A DNA stretch of 38,082 nt from Chiloscyllium plagiosum. Taxonomy: Eukaryota. Below the pieces are notes generated by a model that saw only the letters and a list, made by a program, of their open reading frames with translations, did no database searches and was not told the origin of the DNA. The stretch lies in assembly GCF_004010195.1 (NCBI RefSeq), contig NW_025214012.1, forward strand, positions 1 to 38,082. Direction: 5' to 3'. Every line of letters begins with the position of its first letter. The stretch's first letter is position 1. Made by a program: the position numbers and the translations under genes. This document shows, one piece after another, positions 33,404 through 38,082 of this stretch.

Positions 33404-35849
33404 ACTGTGTTATGCTGTGGAAAGGACGCGGAGCATTTTTCATATTGTTGCAATTGCTGTATACTCATACCGGTTATTAAAACAATGCAAAAAGAATGAT
33501 GCTTATCTCATTGGACATTTTGAATGTTGTTGGAAAATTCAAATCGAAATGATAAAGTTATTTTAAATTTCTGCTGTGAAGTTTAGAGGATTCAAACAAG
33601 AATATATTTCGAGTCTTTTCAATGGATATTTTGGAGGTAGACGAGTGTGCAGCAAATGGACTCAATCCCTTCTCTGTGATTGCAGCGAAATGTTCAAGGC
33701 AACAAATGAAAACAAAAAGGTGCTTGATATCGATAGATCAGTACAAACTCACTATGGTATAATTTCCCTTTGATTCTCGCCATCGTCTAATGGATTAGGC
33801 AAGTGGGGTTATCAGGATCAGAATGGTAAACTGAGACATTGCGAGAATTAATCCCACACTGTTGGTATCACTTTATATCGTAACCAGTTTTGCAACGGTC
33901 TGAACTAACCAGCTTTCCTGAAATGTTGAGCTAACACAAACAGTTCAGTTCTTACAGAATTTATAGAAGTTGATTAGATCAAGCTGCAAAACCGTTCCTA
34001 ACAATAGGATATTTTCACACTTAGTCGTACTCAATTGTTGGTGTTATACAATTTCTTTCCAATTCACCTTAGCAAATTAGAGAATGTGCATTTAACACAA
34101 CCCCATCCGTACAGCGCAGAATCTCTGTCCCGTTTAAATTCATTCTTTGTGTGTCGATTCGCACCTTTATAAATATTTTAGAATTAGCTATTGAAACTAC
34201 TTTTCTCTGAAAAAAATCATTCCCGATTTCAATAACTGTAGGGCTGCCGTGGGAGGACAGGCCCAGCCATGAAGTATTGATACATGCTGAACGTATACCT
34301 CCTGAGGCAGCCTGGCTTCCGGTGTTCTTCCAACCCCTGCGTGTTTTCTTTGTATTCGCGTAGTTGTTTTGTCGCTACGTAAGGAACAGGAGCATTAAGC
34401 CGCTTCCCTGTACTTTTCCTCCCCCACTGTTTCCCCATTGCTCTATGGCTTCTACTGTGTCATATTCTTCGCATCAGTTGCTTGTTTCCTCATGTTTCTC
34501 GAAGGGGAAACACAGAAGTGGAAATCCAAACTCAAACAGATTAGCCCTGGAGAGAATGGCTTCACGCTTTTTCATCAGAAATAATTCCGAATATCAGTGA
34601 GAAAGCACATTCGACTATTTGCTGCAGTATATGTGAGAAAATGCAGCAAGGCCCCAGTGGGACTTCTCATAACCACTGGCAAACAAGACGAGAGCTCCAA
34701 TCACTGAGCTGTGGATCCATGCGCGAGTGTGTTGCTTTTATACTGACAAGAAAATGATGGTTTCGTGTAGAACAAACTCCATGACCCGAGGTTTGTGATG
34801 CAACCAGAGTTTTGTGATGTAAACTTCTGCTTGAATCCTTCTTGCTTGATCACTTGTTTCTTATAACACTTCGTCAGCTTCCCAATATTTCGTTATGCGA
34901 CTGCAATCAAAATTTGCTTAAACTCCTTTCAGAGGAATAGCTTTGAAGTTTCCATATATGAAAGGCATGATGCAGGATTGATACAATTTACTGCCGTTGA
35001 TTTCAACTCGTATCACAGATTTTCTACATCACTTGGTGAGTTACTCCTTTTCTATCGGCATTCTGCGATCTCCTGAGTGAAGAGATTTCATGCTTTATGG
35101 CCTTGATACGTGAGATCTCGGGCGCCAGACATGAAACAGTTAAAATCGACAGTGATCAAAAGGTTGGAATTCGAGGGAAGGTAGATATCTGAGAGAGTTT
35201 TTTTTAAAAAAAAGAAATAAAATCTTGGTGTGTTTCGCTGGCTGGGTTGGCAAATATTGACCATCTCTAATTGTTCTTGAGTGGGCTGTAGGACATTGCA
35301 ACAATAGATTGAGCGGAGACAGTTTAAACATTTGAATAAAATGACGAAAATTTTGATAAGTAGCAGAGCAGTGATCGGTGAAGAACCCCTGTTGCGAATA
35401 CTCCTACGTGCAGCAGAGTTGTTCAAAAACCTCAGGATTGGAACATTGGGTGAACAACCGACAACCCCTTCCTTGCCACCATGTGAGAGCCCGTGTGGAA
35501 AGATAAAGCTGCGATGGCAGCAGCACATGGTTGGGAAAATGGGCGGTGGTAAAAACTTCTTTCAAATAAGTTACAATAAAACATTGAACAAAGATCAAGT
35601 ATGCGCATGAATAGAGGCAGAGGATGTTTGACCAGAGTAGAGAGGGAATGTGACAGGACGGATGGAATTGCATTACAATAATTTAGTCCAAAGGGATGGA
35701 AAAGAATTTGAGCTGCAGATGAGCAGAGATATCGAAGAGCCGTATGATGTTAATGAGGTGAAGTATGTCTCCATAGTCATGACGTAACTGGTTCAGACTC
35801 TGACACTTATCAAGGGGAAGATTGAGTCAGTGGTGAGGCAATTTCTCCA

Positions 35850-36182
35850 CCAATGTGGCCGATTTTGCGCACCAGCGCACAACATCCACTTCCAGCAACT
35901 CCGCACTCAAGACCCACCCCTCCATCTATGAAAAAGACACAATCCCCCGGTCATCACCTTCCACCCCACCAAATACCGTTGACATCATATCATCCTCCGC
36001 CATTTCCCAATATTCAAACGGACGCAATCAGCAGAGATGTATTTCCCTCCCCGCCTCTAGCCGCTTTCTGTGAAGATCATTCCCTCCGTGACTCCCTTGT
36101 CAGGTCCACGTCAACCACTAAACCACCCTCCCCTCGAGGCATCTTCCCATTCCATCACAAGAATTGCAAATTCCACCCACAC
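35850..36182 (+). mobile_element. Penelope-like ORF fragment (post-RT linker), truncated by the gap
   Basis: QTDAISRDVFPSPPLAAFCEDHSLRDSLVRST..GIFPFHHKNCK is homologous to 7100-7290. Confidence 0.8.
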
Positions 36183-36491
36183 NNNNNNNNNNNNNNNNNN
36201 NNNNNNNNNNNNNNNNNNNNNNNNNNNNNNNNNNNNNNNNNNNNNNNNNNNNNNNNNNNNNNNNNNNNNNNNNNNNNNNNNNNNNNNNNNNNNNNNNNNN
36301 NNNNNNNNNNNNNNNNNNNNNNNNNNNNNNNNNNNNNNNNNNNNNNNNNNNNNNNNNNNNNNNNNNNNNNNNNNNNNNNNNNNNNNNNNNNNNNNNNNNN
36401 NNNNNNNNNNNNNNNNNNNNNNNNNNNNNNNNNNNNNNNNNNNNNNNNNNNNNNNNNNNNNNNNNNNNNNNNNNNNNNNNNNNNNNNNNNN
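36183..36491. other. Assembly gap (N run)
   Basis: Run of n characters. Confidence 1.
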
Positions 36492-37273
36492 TTGATTTTG
36501 AAACTAAAACCGAGCAATAATAATGCACCCTATTTCACTTGCAAAGATCGGAAGAAGATCAATTTATAAGAGAACAGAAATAAAGCTACGTCTGTCTTTC
36601 GAGAGAAAACACAGTTACCATTTCGACTCCAAAAAGTCTTCTTCAGAAGTCTGCGGATGAACTCGAAAATAGTAGACCGAAAATGAAAAAAAGAAGCCAA
36701 AATGCCGCGAATACACCACCCGCAAGCGCATCAAGTCCTACTCGAATATGCCGGTTTACTACCATCAACATCAATGGAGAACGGAACAAAGCTCATTCTG
36801 CAGTTGTCAACCTGTTATGACGTAGTTTGTAAAGTCAGAAATATGATCAGGTAAAAAGCGGGATGAAAGCGGGATATAGGAACTCTGAAAAAAAAACAAG
36901 TGCGTGCTTTGGTTTGAAGAACGTTGGCAGTGATGAAAATGGAAATTAACTACAGTGAGGGGGGCTTAATGAATACTCAGCATCGTTGCAACACACAGGG
37001 ACGCAATTCTTTGTGCTAGGTTTCTGTTCTGTCATTTTATAATCACGACTGCTGTCGGGTTTGGTTTCCATTCCAGGCTTAGGTGACAGCCTGATGGAAG
37101 TTTGCGCATTCGCCCAATTTCTTTGTGGTTGCTCTGGTTTGCTGCCACATTCTCAACATTTGCAGGTTATTTGGAATCGCCATTGAACGCACACGTTTAC
37201 AGAGACACTGATGTCTCTGTAATAGGAGTGTCTGGATAGGACGTACTTCAGAGGATTTTTGTGAACTTAAATA

Positions 37274-37833
37274 GACAGAGTGGGGTTAATCTGCTGTTTC
37301 CTGTGTGAGCTACATAGACAGAGAGGGGTCAGGGTCTTCTTCCCTGAGGGAGATACGTTGACAGAGTTGGGTAGTTGCTCTTACCTGTGTCAGTCACGCA
37401 GATACAGTAGGGTCAGTCTGCCCTTTCCTGGGCGAATTTCTTTCACAGAGTGGTGACAGTCTGCCCTTCCCTGCCTAAGTGAAATAGAAAGAGCGGGGTC
37501 AGTATTCTCTTCCCTCGATAATTTATGTTGAGAGTCTGGCCTCCGTCTGCTCTTCCCTGGCGAGTTACATTGGTAGAGTGGGTTTAGTGTTCATTCATTG
37601 GGTGAGTGCCATAGACAGAATGGGATCAGTCTGCTCTTCCCTGAGGGAATTATATTTATAGAGTGGTGTCAGACTGCTCTTCAGAGAATGACTTATATTG
37701 ACAGTGTGGGATCAGTCTGCTGAGTTCCACTGAGAGTGTGGGGTCAGTCTGCCCTTCCCTGGGTGAGTAACACTGACTGAGTGGTGTCAGTTTGCTCTTC
37801 CCTCAGTGAGTTACATTGACAGAGTGGCGTCAG
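37274..37833. repeat. Diverged 43-bp tandem repeat, about 13 copies
   Basis: Consensus GACAGAGTGGGGTCAGTCTGCTCTTCCCTGGGTGAGTTACATT. The first units start at 37274, 37317 and 37360. Confidence 0.9.
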
Positions 37834-38082
37834 GAGTGGCGTCTTTGAGGAGTTGACAAAAGTCACTCGTCCCCTACATCTTTGGGATAATTAGGGATGG
37901 GCAGTGAATCTTATCTCAGTGAAAGACAACTGTGTCCCAGAAATGCATTTCTAATAATTGCATGTACTAATTCGACACTGCAAGCGGTCGGGAATAATTT
38001 GAGGAGAGGTGCAGGGTAGAACAATTAAAGTCAAATGCACTGATGCCAGGGAGACATGACACAAGATGTGAGTGTGGAGCTG

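Noticed and set aside
35853..36569. Long ORFs spanning the second gap
   Set aside because: They are mostly X residues. The real part is a Penelope fragment.
37274..37833. CRISPR-like appearance of the tandem arrays (also 4553-4790)
   Set aside because: The units are contiguous with no unique spacers, there are no cas genes, and the context is eukaryotic.

Overview
Repeat-dense vertebrate genomic DNA with two assembly gaps (14688-15682, 36183-36491). The repeat families suggest a cartilaginous fish (shark), which is an inference. No intact host protein-coding gene is supported. Most of the window consists of decayed CR1-type LINEs, tRNA-derived SINEs, Penelope-like elements (some carrying hammerhead ribozyme cores), two minisatellites and two tRNA pseudogenes. 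The best-supported large feature is a 6.7 kb class I (gamma-like, probably HERV-I-related) endogenous provirus at 18844-25534. It has both LTRs (about 93% identical by manual alignment), a GATT target-site duplication, a tRNA-Pro-like PBS, a PPT, and gag-(amber)-pro-IN-env. RT and RNase H are deleted in frame, a second diverged gag-capsid fragment lies in the leader, and a Penelope-derived hairpin with a hammerhead core is inserted in the integrase. Between the repeats are several segments that I do not recognise as repeats and that look like decayed coding sequence. One (13676-14687, minus strand) shows motif G/F/A-like sequences of a bunyavirus/arenavirus-type L polymerase, and others resemble viral glycoproteins. 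These may be ancient non-retroviral RNA-virus endogenous elements, but that rests on motif recognition by eye and needs profile searches.
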